Source of the DNA: Blepharisma stoltei ATCC 30299
Lineage: Eukaryota > Protista > Ciliophora
Length of the DNA: 64,000 bases
Reading direction: 5' to 3'
Assembly: GCA_965603825.1 (NCBI GenBank)
Contig: CBFDEM010000039.1
Coordinates: 248,001 to 312,000 of the forward strand
Shown: in pieces, positions 1-11,640 of the stretch
Position numbering within the stretch: the stretch's first letter is position 1
Layout: each line of letters starts with the position of its first letter
Made by a program: the position numbers and the translations under genes
Notes under the pieces: model-generated
Told to the model about the DNA's origin: nothing
Databases searched by the model: none
The model's input: only the letters and a program-made list of their open reading frames with translations

Positions 1-49
1 AGAACGCCTATTGATGATGGCACATCTTTATTAGAGCCAATATAAAAAT

Positions 50-190
50 ATGGACGCAGATACTAAAAAGCAGTTGTTAGTTGGAGCTGTAGGTTTTGTA
101 CTAGGAGTTGCTGCATTCAAGCTATGGTCTAAAGTTTGCCCATGCACAGGAAAGAAGGAATGCTGCAAGCCAGAAGAAAAGAAAGCTTAA
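50..190 (+). CDS. Small 46-aa protein with one N-terminal hydrophobic segment and a Cys/Lys-rich tail
   Basis: ATG in aaat-ATG-G context; reads MDADTKKQLLVGAVGFVLGVAAFKLWSKVCPCTGKKECCKPEEKKA then TAA; higher GC than flanks; below the ORF-track cutoff. Confidence 0.6.
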   Translation: MDADTKKQLLVGAVGFVLGVAAFKLWSKVCPCTGKKECCKPEEKKA

Positions 191-828
191 CTAATTTATT
201 AGAATATTCTATTAATCGATTATGAAGATATTTCGCAATCGTCTTCGTCAATATTTATGGTAAAGTATATCTGAAAATTGGTAATAAAGCTTTAAAATCA
301 TAAAAAATAAGATATTGTAACCAGTGAACAAATAATCCAAAATTAATCACAGAATAAGATGATTCATATAAGCTTATAGTCGGTATTCCAGATATGACTT
401 AGAATATGATGAATTCTCATAATAGCAGCTTTTGAACTTGAAGACAGCTGATATTTTTGCAAAATGTGTAACTTGATTGCAAGAGCTTACAATAAATGCA
501 ATGGAGTGATGATATTTAATTAATTAGTTGAAAGATAAATTCTTTAAATAATATTTAATCTTAGTGCTTTTTCAGATGTGCTGAACAAAAATATAAAGCA
601 GAAACATATAAAGGTAGATGTGATCAAGATTTGTCAAAAGAAGAAATATGGCCAAAACTCTGAGTATTTTATAAGATAAGATCTAGCAGTAAAACTAAAG
701 ATAAACAAATATATTGAATACAAAAAATAGAAATAATTAAAACCCTAATGTTCAGGCTTATCAATCAATTGCTTATAGATTTCTTAAAAAGTTCGGGCAT
801 TTTTATATAAATTGTGTATGGATTATTT

Positions 829-1638
829 TTAGAGTAAAAAGAAATCATCCTTTTCCACAGGGATAATTTTCACAGTATCCTCTTCTTCCTCTGCAAATCT
901 TGACGACTTAGCTTTTTTATTTGAAAGCTCATTTTTACTTTTATTTTTCCTTTTCAAAGGAATTCTTTCCTCTTTGACCTCTTCAAATTTCTTCTGCTTT
1001 ATTACTTTGGGTTCTTTTTCCTTTTTCTCTGTATTTACCTTAGGCTCATTAATTCGCAATTTTTTCCCATCATCATGCTTTTTAATAGGTTCCTTTGATT
1101 TTTCTTCTTTAATATTTTTCTTTATTTCTCTTTTTATGTCTTCCTTGATTTTAGGGGCATCAACTCTTAGCTCTTCTTCTAAATGCATAAGCTTTTTCTT
1201 TTGCTTCTTCTCAATGATTTTATTTATATGCTTTCTCATTATAATTCGTTCTTTCTCTGAGTTTTCAGAACTCTCTGCAAAGAGTGAGACATATTTCTTA
1301 TTGATTGGGTAGTATTTAATGTAGTTTAAGTCATCCATTAATGATCTTTTTTGCTGGAGAAGATCTTCGTTTTCTCCTTGCTCTTCGATTTCCTTATTGA
1401 TTTTTTTGAGTTTTCTGCCAACCTTTTTTTGTTCTAAATAATGCTTACCAAAAAATCTTATGGTCTTGTATTTTCCCCAAATATTTGCATTTTTCAAGCC
1501 GAGACCTTTAAGAATTTTAAGCTCTGCCAGCTTTTCTTGTTTTTGTGCCAGCTCTTCTTGGTTCGTTGTGTTTTCAATGGATCTCTTCAAATCACGGATT
1601 TTCTGCTTTAAAGATTTCTTCCTTTCTGTCTCTTTCAT
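829..1638 (-). CDS. EFG1: rRNA-processing protein Efg1-like (one 15-nt intron at 1434-1448)
   Basis: After splicing reads KYKTIRFFEQKKVGRKLK and DLNYIKYYPINKKYVSLF, matching Efg1 motifs; C-terminal DDFFL. Confidence 0.8.
   Translation of the reverse strand: MKETERKKSLKQKIRDLKRSIENTTNQEELAQKQEKLAELKILKGLGLKNANIWGKYKTIRFFGKHYLEQKKVGRKLKKINKEIEEQGENEDLLQQKRSLMDDLNYIKYYPINKKYVSLFAESSENSEKERIIMRKHINKIIEKKQKKKLMHLEEELRVDAPKIKEDIKREIKKNIKEEKSKEPIKKHDDGKKLRINEPKVNTEKKEKEPKVIKQKKFEEVKEERIPLKRKNKSKNELSNKKAKSSRFAEEEEDTVKIIPVEKDDFFLL
1434..1448 (-). other. 15-nt spliceosomal intron (stop-free, in frame)
   Basis: GTAAGCATTATTTAG, A at position 10; removal restores the RFFE motif. Confidence 0.85.
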
Positions 1639-1978
1639 TTTATTCCATAATTTTACATTAAAAAACTTAATTACTTGAGCATGAAATTTACTTATAATAT
1701 TTTTAATTTAGATGTACCCAAATAAATTGATTTTCATGTATATTGGTATAACTATTTTTGATAATTTCTTATTTCATCCAATACGCGGAAATGTGTAAAA
1801 TAATTCTGTATGAGGAGCCAATCAATGATGCAGGCTCCACACTCAATATGAAACTATTGCAAAAGATTATAGTATTTCTAAACAGTTTAATTAGATTTAT
1901 AAGCATTTCACTAATTTTATTCAAGCCTCACCATTTTATTGCTTTTACCTTTACCATATGAGCGGCTTGTAAAAATTA

Positions 1979-3091
1979 ATGGCTAGCCCTGACGAAGTCA
2001 CTGTCTCAAGCACCCAAGGCTTTGGAAGACAAGTAACACAAGTCGCCACACTCTTGGAGACTAAGAGACAGGCTAAGATCACCGCAATCAATTTAGCCAT
2101 TCCATCTGCAGTCAACCTGGTCGAGCTGATCAAGCATAAGGTGAAAGGTCTCTATCAAATTAACTCCTTTGAAAGAGTCCCTAATTCCAATAAAACCAGA
2201 GTCGTCTTCTTATTGAGTTTAGACCCACTCGATGCCTCAAGCAAAGGATACCAGCCTCCTATTCCTGAAAGCCAAGTCGAGGCAAAGACTCTTGCTGAAC
2301 TTAAGAACCAGCCAACAAGATCAGCCACTGAAGAAAATAAAAGACCTCCAGTAAAGAGAGAACAGCACCCAAGAGAAGAGCACAAACCAGCTCAGCATGG
2401 AACTTACAACAAGTCTCATGAAACAGCAAAAGAGGGAGAAGCCAGAAAGCCTGCCAGTAAGCCATACAGCCAAACTGAAAGAACAGAAAGAGCTCCAAGA
2501 GGCACCAGAGGTGACAGAGGTGACAGAGGCTCAAGAGGCACTAGAGGTGGTGACAGAGCTGAAAGAGGTGAAAGAAGAGGAAACTCAAGAGGCCCAAGAG
2601 GCTCAAGAGGTAGAGGATATGGAAACTTCCAAGGGGAAAGAAGAGTTCCACCAGAGCAAGGAAAATATGTCAGAGAAACTGTAAGAGAAGCAACCAAGAA
2701 GGAAGATAACGAAATTTTTGTAAGCATGAAAGGAAGTGAAAGCTTTTTCTTGAAGGAAGCTTTGTTACTCCTTAAGAAAGATGGAAAAAGAACCATTGTC
2801 ATTAAAGCTAGCGGAGCTGCCATCCCTAAAGCTATTAAAGTTGTTGAAGAAATCAAAAGACACGAGCTAGGACTTCATCAACTTAATAACTTCAACAATA
2901 GAAAGATTCAGGTCTTATATCATGCTCAGGAAGAAGGATTAGAAGACAGAACTGCAGAAAGAGATCTTACAGGAGTTGAAATCATCCTAAGCAAAGACGA
3001 ACAGGATAGAACTCACACTGGATACCAAGCTCCACTTCCAGCAAGCCAGGTCAAGAGTATTTCAATAGAACAAGTAGAAAAATTAAGATAA
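1979..3091 (+). CDS. Alba-family nucleic-acid-binding protein with two Alba domains and an RG/RGG linker
   Basis: Two copies of an AIPxAxxxVExIK...GLxQxN...GYQxPxPxSQV domain flank an RG-rich segment. Confidence 0.8.
   Translation: MASPDEVTVSSTQGFGRQVTQVATLLETKRQAKITAINLAIPSAVNLVELIKHKVKGLYQINSFERVPNSNKTRVVFLLSLDPLDASSKGYQPPIPESQVEAKTLAELKNQPTRSATEENKRPPVKREQHPREEHKPAQHGTYNKSHETAKEGEARKPASKPYSQTERTERAPRGTRGDRGDRGSRGTRGGDRAERGERRGNSRGPRGSRGRGYGNFQGERRVPPEQGKYVRETVREATKKEDNEIFVSMKGSESFFLKEALLLLKKDGKRTIVIKASGAAIPKAIKVVEEIKRHELGLHQLNNFNNRKIQVLYHAQEEGLEDRTAERDLTGVEIILSKDEQDRTHTGYQAPLPASQVKSISIEQVEKLR
2497..2616 (+). repeat. Imperfect 9-nt coding repeat (AGAGGNNNN) encoding RGx triplets
   Basis: agaggcaccagaggtgacagaggtgacagaggctcaagaggcactagaggtggt... 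Confidence 0.7.
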
Positions 3092-3212
3092 GCCTAGGTA
3101 GCTAAAAAGAATTATAAGCAAGAATCCGTTTTATATATTTAATTGTTAATATCATATATGAAAAACTGAATCATTTGGCTTAAATAAGAATAAAATTTGA
3201 TTTATAAATAAA

Positions 3213-4781
3213 ATGATTAGCACACCTTCAAGACTAGAAGATCGAAACCATTCTTTCCAGTCTATTATAACTCTTGAAGAGCACAACTCACAAAGAGAAA
3301 AATTCACAGCTCAACTGCGAAAAACAAAAAGACTAGAAAACGCTAACAAAAGGCGCGATATAATGAGCGAATCCGAAGGTGAAGCCCATTACTCTGATTC
3401 ATTGCTTGCCGCAATCCCACAGCTATCAAACCCATATCTTGATTCCCGTGAAAAACTAGAATCTTTCTATTATTTAATATCCACAACTCAATCTGATGAA
3501 ATTCGATACAGTGCATTAAATTCTGTAAGAAGACTGCTCTCACAAAGCTCTGCTATTCCTATAAAGCAAGCAGCTGAAATAGGCTATATCCAATTATTGA
3601 TTTTTTACTTGAACCCTCAAAATAGAATTGAAATCCAGTTGGAAGCATCTTGGTGTCTATGCAATCTTGCTGCTTCTGATAATGGAATTGTTGAAAAGCT
3701 AGTTAATTCAGGTGCTGTCCAAGCCTGCTTGGACGTATTAAATAAAGAAAACCAAGAAGTAGCTGAACATGCCATTTGGTGCATTGGAAACATTGCAGGT
3801 GATTACCATGCACATTTTCGACAGCAAATGATTGACAGTGGCATAATTGGAATTTTAATTAATTTTCTAGAAGAAAAAGATAGGCTAACCAGAGAAGTTA
3901 TGAGAACAGGAGCATGAACTTTGCATAATTTGGTAAGGAAAAGAGTTGTAATTCCGGAAGATACATGCAAGGCACTGCTGATATTTTTAAAAAATTGACT
4001 GGACGAATGCGAGCCTGCAATTAAAATTGATTGCTTATGAGCTGTTGCTTTTCTAGCTGAAGGAGGTGAGAAACAGATTCAGCTGGTAATAGATTCCCAG
4101 ATTTTGAAAAGGGTAACAAAATATGCGAAAATGCATACAGGCAAGTTTAAAGAACCTATTTTGAGGATATTTGGAAACATTCTAACTGGAAATTCACAAC
4201 AGGAGCAAGTCCTTTTGAATTTAAAGATTCTTGATATTTTGCATGAAACTCTCCAATCAAAAAGCGCAAAAATCAAAAAAGATGCTTTATGGTCACTTAG
4301 TAATTTAGCAGCAAGTTCAAGAGCTCAAATAAGTAAGATAGTTGAGCATCCAGTTATCAAAAAAGCTATGAGATTTCTAATAGACCCTAATCTTATGATC
4401 AGAAAGGAAGCTTGCTTTATATTTGTAAATATAGTAAGACTCGGGATGTATTCAAGTATTTTATCACTACTTGATTCAGAAATTTTAGTTATTTTGAAAG
4501 AATCCTTAGACACACTTGACCCAGAAATTCTAAAGCTAATATTAGAAATTGCCAAAGGCTTGCTTCGGGCAGGAAGTCAAAATATAAGTTCTGATGGCAA
4601 TAATAAAGTCTCAAGGATGTATGAAGATGCTGGAATTTTAGACATAATCCAAGATATCAGAATTAACAATGCAAACGAAAAGATCCAAGAAGCTGCAGAA
4701 ACTATTATAAAACAGTTTTTCAGCACCGAACAAAATGAAATAGTCCCTCTAATGACTCCAGACAGCTACGAGTTTTCTTAA
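3213..4781 (+). CDS. Importin subunit alpha (ARM repeats), 3 TGA=Trp
   Basis: IBB-like LRKTKRLENANKRR; EASWCLCNLA, HAIWCIGNIAGD; TGA at 3915, 3996 and 4038, of which 3915 gives GAWTLHNL and 4038 gives DCLWAVAFL; ends TAA. Confidence 0.92.
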
Positions 4782-4841
4782 TGGTACAAATCTGATAATA
4801 AATTAAACAAATATTTGAATAAATATTTGCCATTATTTAAA

Positions 4842-5645
4842 ATGGGATGCTGCGAATCGAGAGAAGTAAAATCCATTCAGAGAAGCATTAAAAATAACAG
4901 AACTATAGAGTTTCTAAATGTACCTTTAATCTCGGAAGCCAAAATGCTTCAGATTAGCCACCTAAGGGAAAAAGGAGACACAAAAGCTTTAGAAATAGTC
5001 GAATATATTGACGAGCTAAATAGAGCAAATAACTGGAAAAATGTTAAAAATGACGGATGGATAAAAATTCAAAAAATCGATGGAAGTAAATATAACCCAG
5101 ATTATCCTGTCAGTAAAATATGGTTTCATCTTGAAGAAAGATTGCCGTTATATATGATTTTAGACCATCTAAATTCACCTATAAAAAGAGTGTCTTGAGA
5201 CAAAAACTTTAAATCCTATGAAATCATTGATGGGGATATCCAGAATTGCTATACTCTCTATTATTCTCTTTCTTTACTTGGATACAAAGGTGATTATATT
5301 GAAAAGCGAATTATAGGAATTCATAATCATATGGTGGTGGTTGTATATTATTCAGTTGACCATGAGCTAAAGCCAGAAATCAAACAGTTTTCAAGAGGGG
5401 TCATACATATTGGTTTTTTAACAATAGAAGTTGTAGATGGGAGAACTGAGCTGTGCTTTTATAACCAAGTTGACCCGAATTACAAATTAAGTAAGCTATT
5501 CGCACACATAGGAGTCAGTAAATCAGATGAATGATGCAAGAAATTCAAAAATATTTTAATTAGGTCGAATGCTGAGAGAAAATTAATTTCAGAAGAGTAT
5601 CTTGAAATACAGGGATGGCCGATAATTTTGGGTGAAAAATCTTAA
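4842..5645 (+). CDS. START/SRPBCC lipid-binding domain protein with MGCC acylation motif, 2 TGA=Trp
   Basis: RVS(W)DKNF, SRGVIHIG and YNQVDP are START-like; TGA at 5196 and 5532; ends TAA. Confidence 0.7.
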
Positions 5646-5665
5646 AGATATATTTATATATTTTA

Positions 5666-7507
5666 TTATTCATAAATAAAATCTCCACTTTCTGTGATTC
5701 CTACTATGAATCTATAAGTATCAAAAAGTTGATGCGCCTTTTCATTGATTTTGGGAGAGCACTGGTCTTCAATTTGTGCTTTCAGAGGATTTGACATTAA
5801 ATATAAAGTTTCTTGAGAATATGTTTGAGGATTTTTTTGAATTTTATTATGCGTTAAAGGAATTTCAGTTGGCTCATCTTGTGACTGGGCAACGCTGGAT
5901 CCTATTTCACTATTTATCCCCCTATCTTTTCTCTCAATTATATCAGAGTTTTCATTGCATATAGATGAATACTGTGACAGCAAAGGTGTGTCAGATACAC
6001 GAGCAGCTAAAGATAATGCCGATTGGTTTAAGCCAGAAGCATTATTTTCATCTCCTCGTGATAGAATAAAATCATCCCCATTTGACTCAAATTTCTTTGA
6101 GTAAAGAAGGTTTGACAAACTGGTTCTTTCATCTTTAAAATCCAATTGGCCTATGCTTGAAGACTTGTGATGATGAGAAGTAGAGTTAGGCCAGTCTAAG
6201 TTTACAGATAGAAAAGAAAAGGATCCATGGGATTTCTTATCAATAGGCGATAGTTTTAAATCAGAAAAAGCCTGGACTTCTACACTTCGTTTTTCAACGG
6301 CTGGGTTGATGTCAAAATTAAGCTTTGGGATATCATGGATAGGGAAATTATCTTTTTTAAGCTCTTTTTCACAATTTTTGCATTCTGTGTAAGCTTTTTT
6401 TTGGATTTTGACAGGAGTTTTCAAATTTGGAGTAAATGAAGACTCCTCATTAAAGCGATTTGTTTGTTTTTCAGCAGTGTTTGGGTTATTTTTTCTTGCA
6501 GCATGAATTGGTGTGCACAGTTTTTCTTGAACTGAGTTTGCGCTCATCATTTTCTGTCTAAAAATTGATTCTTTCAATTCCCCCCTCCTTTTCTTCCCTT
6601 TAGATGTGCTTATACTTGTATTAAGACTCGTCACTTTTGTAGGAGTTGATGGTCTCGAATAATAAAGCCTCGCCACAATATTCTCTACTTGCTCACTTGT
6701 AGCTTTTTTAGTTTCTTTTTCTCCACCATCACATTTCATCTTTTTTTTCGAAACTGGCTTCATTAATCTGTCTCCTAAAGCTCTACTTTCTGACAAGCTT
6801 AAGCTTCTCTGTGCACTTTTACTTCTCACTTCTTCATGAATCCCGTACTCTTTTTCTATAATTTTGTCTTCTTCTGTCAGCCTTTCCATCACTTTTGGAT
6901 CAGGCTTTCTTTGATGATGCAAATTGGCAAGTCTTATTGCTTCCTCAATCTCGAATTTTTCTCTTTCTTCTTTCGCTATCCTTATGCTTTCTTCTTTTTT
7001 GACATTTGTAGAGTTCAGCCTGTCAATGATGAGTTTTAATTTTTCTTTGTTAATGGTCTTTTTGTTTTTAATCCGATTTTCTTCTTCTAGTAGTTCTTTG
7101 TTGTGGTCTCGGAGCTCTATCATGCTTTTTCTGATATTTGCATCTCTGCTTAATCTTGTAAATACATTGTTGGAGTCGTTAAAAGGCTGCCTTTTGAAAT
7201 CAGGAGAAAATTCTTCACAAGCAGTTGAATCGTTATATCTTCCATTGGATTCAGCTAGTATATATTCAGGTGGCGTTTCTTCTTGTTCGATTATTACTGA
7301 TCTTGATTCTAGCTCTTGTTTTAGCAGTTCACGCCTGTTTATATCTAAGACCATTCTGTCAACGAATTTTAATCCTTTCGGATTTAGAGCTTTGACTCAG
7401 TTGTTAATTGTGTCGCGGTTCTTGCCACTATAGGCTCTAAAACAGCCAGATTCGTTGATGGGCTCATGCTCTCTATCTACACTTAAATTTCTATTTGCTG
7501 TGTGCAT
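5666..7507 (-). CDS. Hypothetical coiled-coil/low-complexity protein (repeated RL[ST/Y] motifs), 1 TGA=Trp
   Basis: ORF extends upstream through one TGA to ATG at 7507; VFTRLS, IIDRLN, VMERLT, IVARLY repeats. Confidence 0.7.
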
Positions 7508-7787
7508 TATTTAATTTTTAACCAAATTTCAGATACTATTTACCTCTTTTGCTAACTAATGTTGGATTATTCTTACCTTTACAATTTTTAAATTCTTTTT
7601 TGCAAATAATTAATTTAACGTAAAAATTCGAAGTCATAATATACTAGATAATTATTTACATAGTAAAATAATTATATTCGAAACCTAACAATGCAGCATA
7701 TTTCATCTTTAAATTATTTATAACGTAACCTATCAATAATTTACCACTAATTTATTTAGTTACTTTTGTTTTATATTTATTTAATAA

Positions 7788-8504
7788 TTACCCAAATGCA
7801 AGTCGCTTTCTCCCTCTCAATCTTACTTGGCTTAGTCTTGTTAAATTGATATTCGCTTTGGTACAGTTTTGCTTGTATCCTTCAAGAATATCCTCAAAAA
7901 GTGAGCTACATTCAGGATGCAAACTTCCAATCGCTCTTTCTAGTACATATAGATCAACTGCCATATCTTCTGGCAAATTTGATATAAAACTTAACCCAAA
8001 ATCTATCATATACACCGTTCCTACATCCTTATTTTTCAAAATTTCTTGTATAATGTCATTTGAGTCATTAAGTTCTGCCCCTAAAGATACAAATGGTTTT
8101 ATCATCATATTAGACGTCGTTAAATCGCCCTGTATACACTGTATGTTATGTAGCAGTGCTATATTTCTTCCAATTTTGTGTGCTAAATCAATCATTATTT
8201 CTTTGCTCACATCTTGTGCTTTCAGCAGAAATTCCTTAACTGTGATCCCAGGGGTTATTTTTTCCATGAAAATTACACAATTAGCTGCATCTACAAACAG
8301 CACAGCAGGAATGGGAACTCCTTCTTTCCTCGCTTTCCCCATATTTCTCGTTTCCTGCAATATTCTTTTTTGCCTGATTTTTGCATCCAGCAGTGGATGA
8401 CGATATTTCCTTGCAATCCTTTCTTTGATCACGACATCCTCTCCAAACAGTTTCCCCAAAAACACTTTTCCTTCAGCTCCCTGAGCAATTAAATGTCTAT
8501 CCAT
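7788..8504 (-). CDS. BUD32: KEOPS complex kinase Bud32/TP53RK
   Basis: QGAEG, KYRHPLLD, GDLTTSN, IDFGL, AVDLYVLERA, C-terminal RGRKR. Confidence 0.95.
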   Translation of the reverse strand: MDRHLIAQGAEGKVFLGKLFGEDVVIKERIARKYRHPLLDAKIRQKRILQETRNMGKARKEGVPIPAVLFVDAANCVIFMEKITPGITVKEFLLKAQDVSKEIMIDLAHKIGRNIALLHNIQCIQGDLTTSNMMIKPFVSLGAELNDSNDIIQEILKNKDVGTVYMIDFGLSFISNLPEDMAVDLYVLERAIGSLHPECSSLFEDILEGYKQNCTKANINLTRLSQVRLRGRKRLAFG

Positions 8505-8535
8505 TTTTATTAGCTAAGTTATGTTAATCTGTGGT

Positions 8536-8859
8536 TTAAGCAGTGGCTCCAAGAATGTCTGAATCTCCAGCTTCAATGACTGACAAGGTGGAAACAGCGT
8601 GCATTTTCCCACAAGCTCTTCCGAGTTCGTTATTATTTCCTGTATAATGGTAAACTTCGACTTTTCCAAGCATAGAGTAGTATTCGATTTCACTCTTTCT
8701 CAGAGGTGGACAATTGTTGCAGATTAGCACCAGCTTTGATTTGCCTTGTCTCAGAGATTTAAGGGCGCTTTTATATCCAAGAGCTGCTTTTCCACTTTTC
8801 ATGACCAAAGCAAGTTTTGAGTTCATGCCTTCCGCAGTCTTCTTGCTCTTCTTCACCAT
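8536..8859 (-). CDS. RPL30: 60S ribosomal protein L30 (eL30)
   Basis: [33 protein letters not shown]. Confidence 0.98.
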   Translation of the reverse strand: MVKKSKKTAEGMNSKLALVMKSGKAALGYKSALKSLRQGKSKLVLICNNCPPLRKSEIEYYSMLGKVEVYHYTGNNNELGRACGKMHAVSTLSVIEAGDSDILGATA

Positions 8860-8892
8860 TTATATCAATTTATCTATTAAACTATTTGTCGA

Positions 8893-10062
8893 TTAAGCAC
8901 CTTCTTTGGCCAGCATTTCGAACAGCTTCCTTTGGGACTCGGAAAGCTTCTTAGGGATCGATAAAACGAATTTTACGATGTGGCTGCCCTTTTGGCTGCT
9001 GTGGGGAGGCAGATGAGTAATCCCGAAGTTAGAAATCCTGTGGGTGTCGCCTGTGTTAGTTCCTGGACTGACTTTTACTTGGACTTTCCCTTGCAAAGTT
9101 TCGACTTCTACTGTTGCTCCAAGGGCTGCCTGTGAGATTGTTATAGGAACTTGTGAGATAATATCATACCCGTCACGCTGGAAAGTGGGGTGCTCTTTTA
9201 CAGTCACTTTAATAAGAATGTCTCCAGGAGTCCCGCTATTTTCAGAAGCATGGCCTTTGTGAGCCATTCTGAGTGTATGGCCAGTATTCACACCTGGAGG
9301 AATGTTCACTGTTTCTGTGACTTTCGTTGCACCAATGCCTGACCCTCTGCACGTTGGGCAATAGTCTTTTATGATTGTCCCTGAGCCCCCACATTTCTGG
9401 CATCCGACTTGTATAGACATTGGACCACGTTGATAGTGCACATGTCCTCTTCCACCACAAGTCGTACAAGTTGTCGGAGATGAGCCAGGTTTTATTTTTT
9501 TGCCTTTGCAGGTGCCACATGTATTGTTTTTAGATATCGTGAACTGTTTAGCAGCTCCTTGTACAGCTTCTAAAAATGAAATTTCCATAGACACAGATAT
9601 GTCCTCTCCTCTCAAATTTTTCTTTGTCTTTTTGCCACCAAAAATTCCTTCAAATTCGCCAAAAATATCTTCAAAGCTTGAGAAACCTTCGCCGCCACCT
9701 CCAAAAGGAGACCCACCACCAAATCCTCCACCGAATGGATTGAAGCCTCCAAATCCTCCAAAATCGCCGAAGCCAGCTTGCTTGGCTTGGTCTTGTTCGT
9801 CACCAGTCATGCCTGTTGAGTCATATGTTTGTCGCTTTTGAGGGTCTCCTATGGTTTCATAAGCATTGTTGATCTCAGCAAATTTTGTTTTGGCATCAGG
9901 AGATTTATTCACGTCTGGATGATACTGTTTTGCAAGATTAAAATAGGCCTTTTTTATTTCAGATTCTGTGGCACTTCGTGGAACACCCAAAATGCTGTAA
10001 TAGTCCTTTTTTGCAAGAAGTCTCATAGAAGTTCTAAAACTCCTGAATACCTGGATCCGCAT
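8893..10062 (-). CDS. Type I DnaJ co-chaperone, probably mitochondrial (Mdj1/DNAJA3-like)
   Basis: Basic presequence, J domain with HPD, G/F region, four CxxCxGxG-type repeats. Confidence 0.92.
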   Translation of the reverse strand: MRIQVFRSFRTSMRLLAKKDYYSILGVPRSATESEIKKAYFNLAKQYHPDVNKSPDAKTKFAEINNAYETIGDPQKRQTYDSTGMTGDEQDQAKQAGFGDFGGFGGFNPFGGGFGGGSPFGGGGEGFSSFEDIFGEFEGIFGGKKTKKNLRGEDISVSMEISFLEAVQGAAKQFTISKNNTCGTCKGKKIKPGSSPTTCTTCGGRGHVHYQRGPMSIQVGCQKCGGSGTIIKDYCPTCRGSGIGATKVTETVNIPPGVNTGHTLRMAHKGHASENSGTPGDILIKVTVKEHPTFQRDGYDIISQVPITISQAALGATVEVETLQGKVQVKVSPGTNTGDTHRISNFGITHLPPHSSQKGSHIVKFVLSIPKKLSESQRKLFEMLAKEGA

Positions 10063-10237
10063 AATTAAATTTTAACATGAGGCCATTATAATTCAAGGAA
10101 AGGGTTTTGGCCTTTGGTAAATCGAAGCATATTTGCTTTATTAATTGGCTCAGTATTTTATTTAGATCAGCAGATTCAAAAAATTAGTAATTTTGATGAG
10201 TAATTTATTTTCACTTAATTAAAGATATATAATTGAA

Positions 10238-11158
10238 TTATCTGAATTCCTGGGTTATTATTCCTTCTCTCTCCAGTCTCTTTCTTAGATTTCTATGGTC
10301 AATTGACGAATCATATTGTTTAAAGTCATTCCTAGCACTAGTCACAAAATGATCACCTGTGATATGCTGCTTCAAAATATTATCAACAGGCCTCGGGGCT
10401 CTTTCCATCAAATTCTTTTTACTCCAGTCTACAAAATCTCTTTTCGTAACGCTTTCCTTCACAGCCTGCATGCTTCCACACTTCATCCCCACACTAGCTC
10501 TAAAAGCTGACAGGTCTTGGTTTGCTTTTTTGGCCATTTTTAGCTCTTCTTCATCTAGGGCTCTGAAACCTTCAGTATAAGAGGTTTTATTTGCTAGAGG
10601 CAAGCTGTCATTTGTATGACGAATATGTGCTTGTTTTACATAATAAACGCCACCTGTTCCCCATGAGGGGAAGTTTGAAGAGTAAGAAGTCAGTCCTGAT
10701 AGTCCCATTTGAGGTGGTGGGTTTGGCCTATATGCTGGCAATGATAAAACTGGCTGGGTTACGATAGGCTTAAAGAATTGCTCACTTGTGGTCTCAAAAT
10801 CTATAAGCTGATTTGAATAAAAGTTGTTAATGGATTTGAATGGAGCTGGCCTTGCTGGTTTGTGCTTATGGAAATTGTCTGTATATTGAGTATTGAACAT
10901 TGACTTAGGATAGGGCTCGATTGAAATAGGGCCTGGGCATTTATGTTTTCCACATGTACAGAGAGGGCAAAGGCACAATCCTACTCTGTGATCATTTTCA
11001 GAAATAACTCCTATGCTTGGATCTGAAAGTGGGCATTCTTTCATAACGGTTGGTAAGGATTTGACGGACCGGGTCGATTTGAGAGTTGTGAGTGACTGTC
11101 TCAGAAGGCCTGATTGAGATTTTCTTAGAGTAGGCTCTTCTTGGATTTTATCTGACAT
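10238..11158 (-). CDS. SAXO/FAM154 (STOP-like) microtubule-associated protein
   Basis: CLCPLCTCGKHKC motif followed by repeated T-x-Y/S-xx-[DNG]F motifs. Confidence 0.7.
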   Translation of the reverse strand: MSDKIQEEPTLRKSQSGLLRQSLTTLKSTRSVKSLPTVMKECPLSDPSIGVISENDHRVGLCLCPLCTCGKHKCPGPISIEPYPKSMFNTQYTDNFHKHKPARPAPFKSINNFYSNQLIDFETTSEQFFKPIVTQPVLSLPAYRPNPPPQMGLSGLTSYSSNFPSWGTGGVYYVKQAHIRHTNDSLPLANKTSYTEGFRALDEEELKMAKKANQDLSAFRASVGMKCGSMQAVKESVTKRDFVDWSKKNLMERAPRPVDNILKQHITGDHFVTSARNDFKQYDSSIDHRNLRKRLEREGIITQEFR

Positions 11159-11640
11159 TGCTTATTTATATAATAAATTATTTTTCATTTCGTTTCACCT
11201 GGGATTGTGAAGAACTAATTAATAAATAGCCTTCATTATCCTTATATTTTGAATTTAAGGCTGAAATTCAAAATTATTCAGATTTATTTGTGTAGCATTG
11301 AAATAATAATTTTTAATTTTTATTTTACTATCAACTAAATTGAGCTCATTATCTAGAAAATTAATTTCTGATTCCTTGCTAAATTTACAAGATTGTAATT
11401 CATAATTATGGAATAGTTATAAAAAAATTATGAAATCTGATACATATTTTCTTAATCTGGTAGTAGCAACAACCTCCTTCAAAACTAAAAATATTTGATG
11501 AAAAATATTGCAACTGCTTTAATAAAAAATTGTGAAGCGAAGGTATTTCTAAAAAAATTAATTTATTCTCTTTTTAAGATAAAAAACCTTAATGCTTTGA
11601 ACGATTTTGCCTTTAAGTATGGCAATGGCTAGAATTCAAT

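Noticed and set aside
406-451. Box C/D snoRNA-like ATGATGA...CTGA with a short terminal stem
   Set aside because: Only 46 nt long, no rRNA-complementary guide that I can recognise, and expected by chance in AT-rich DNA.
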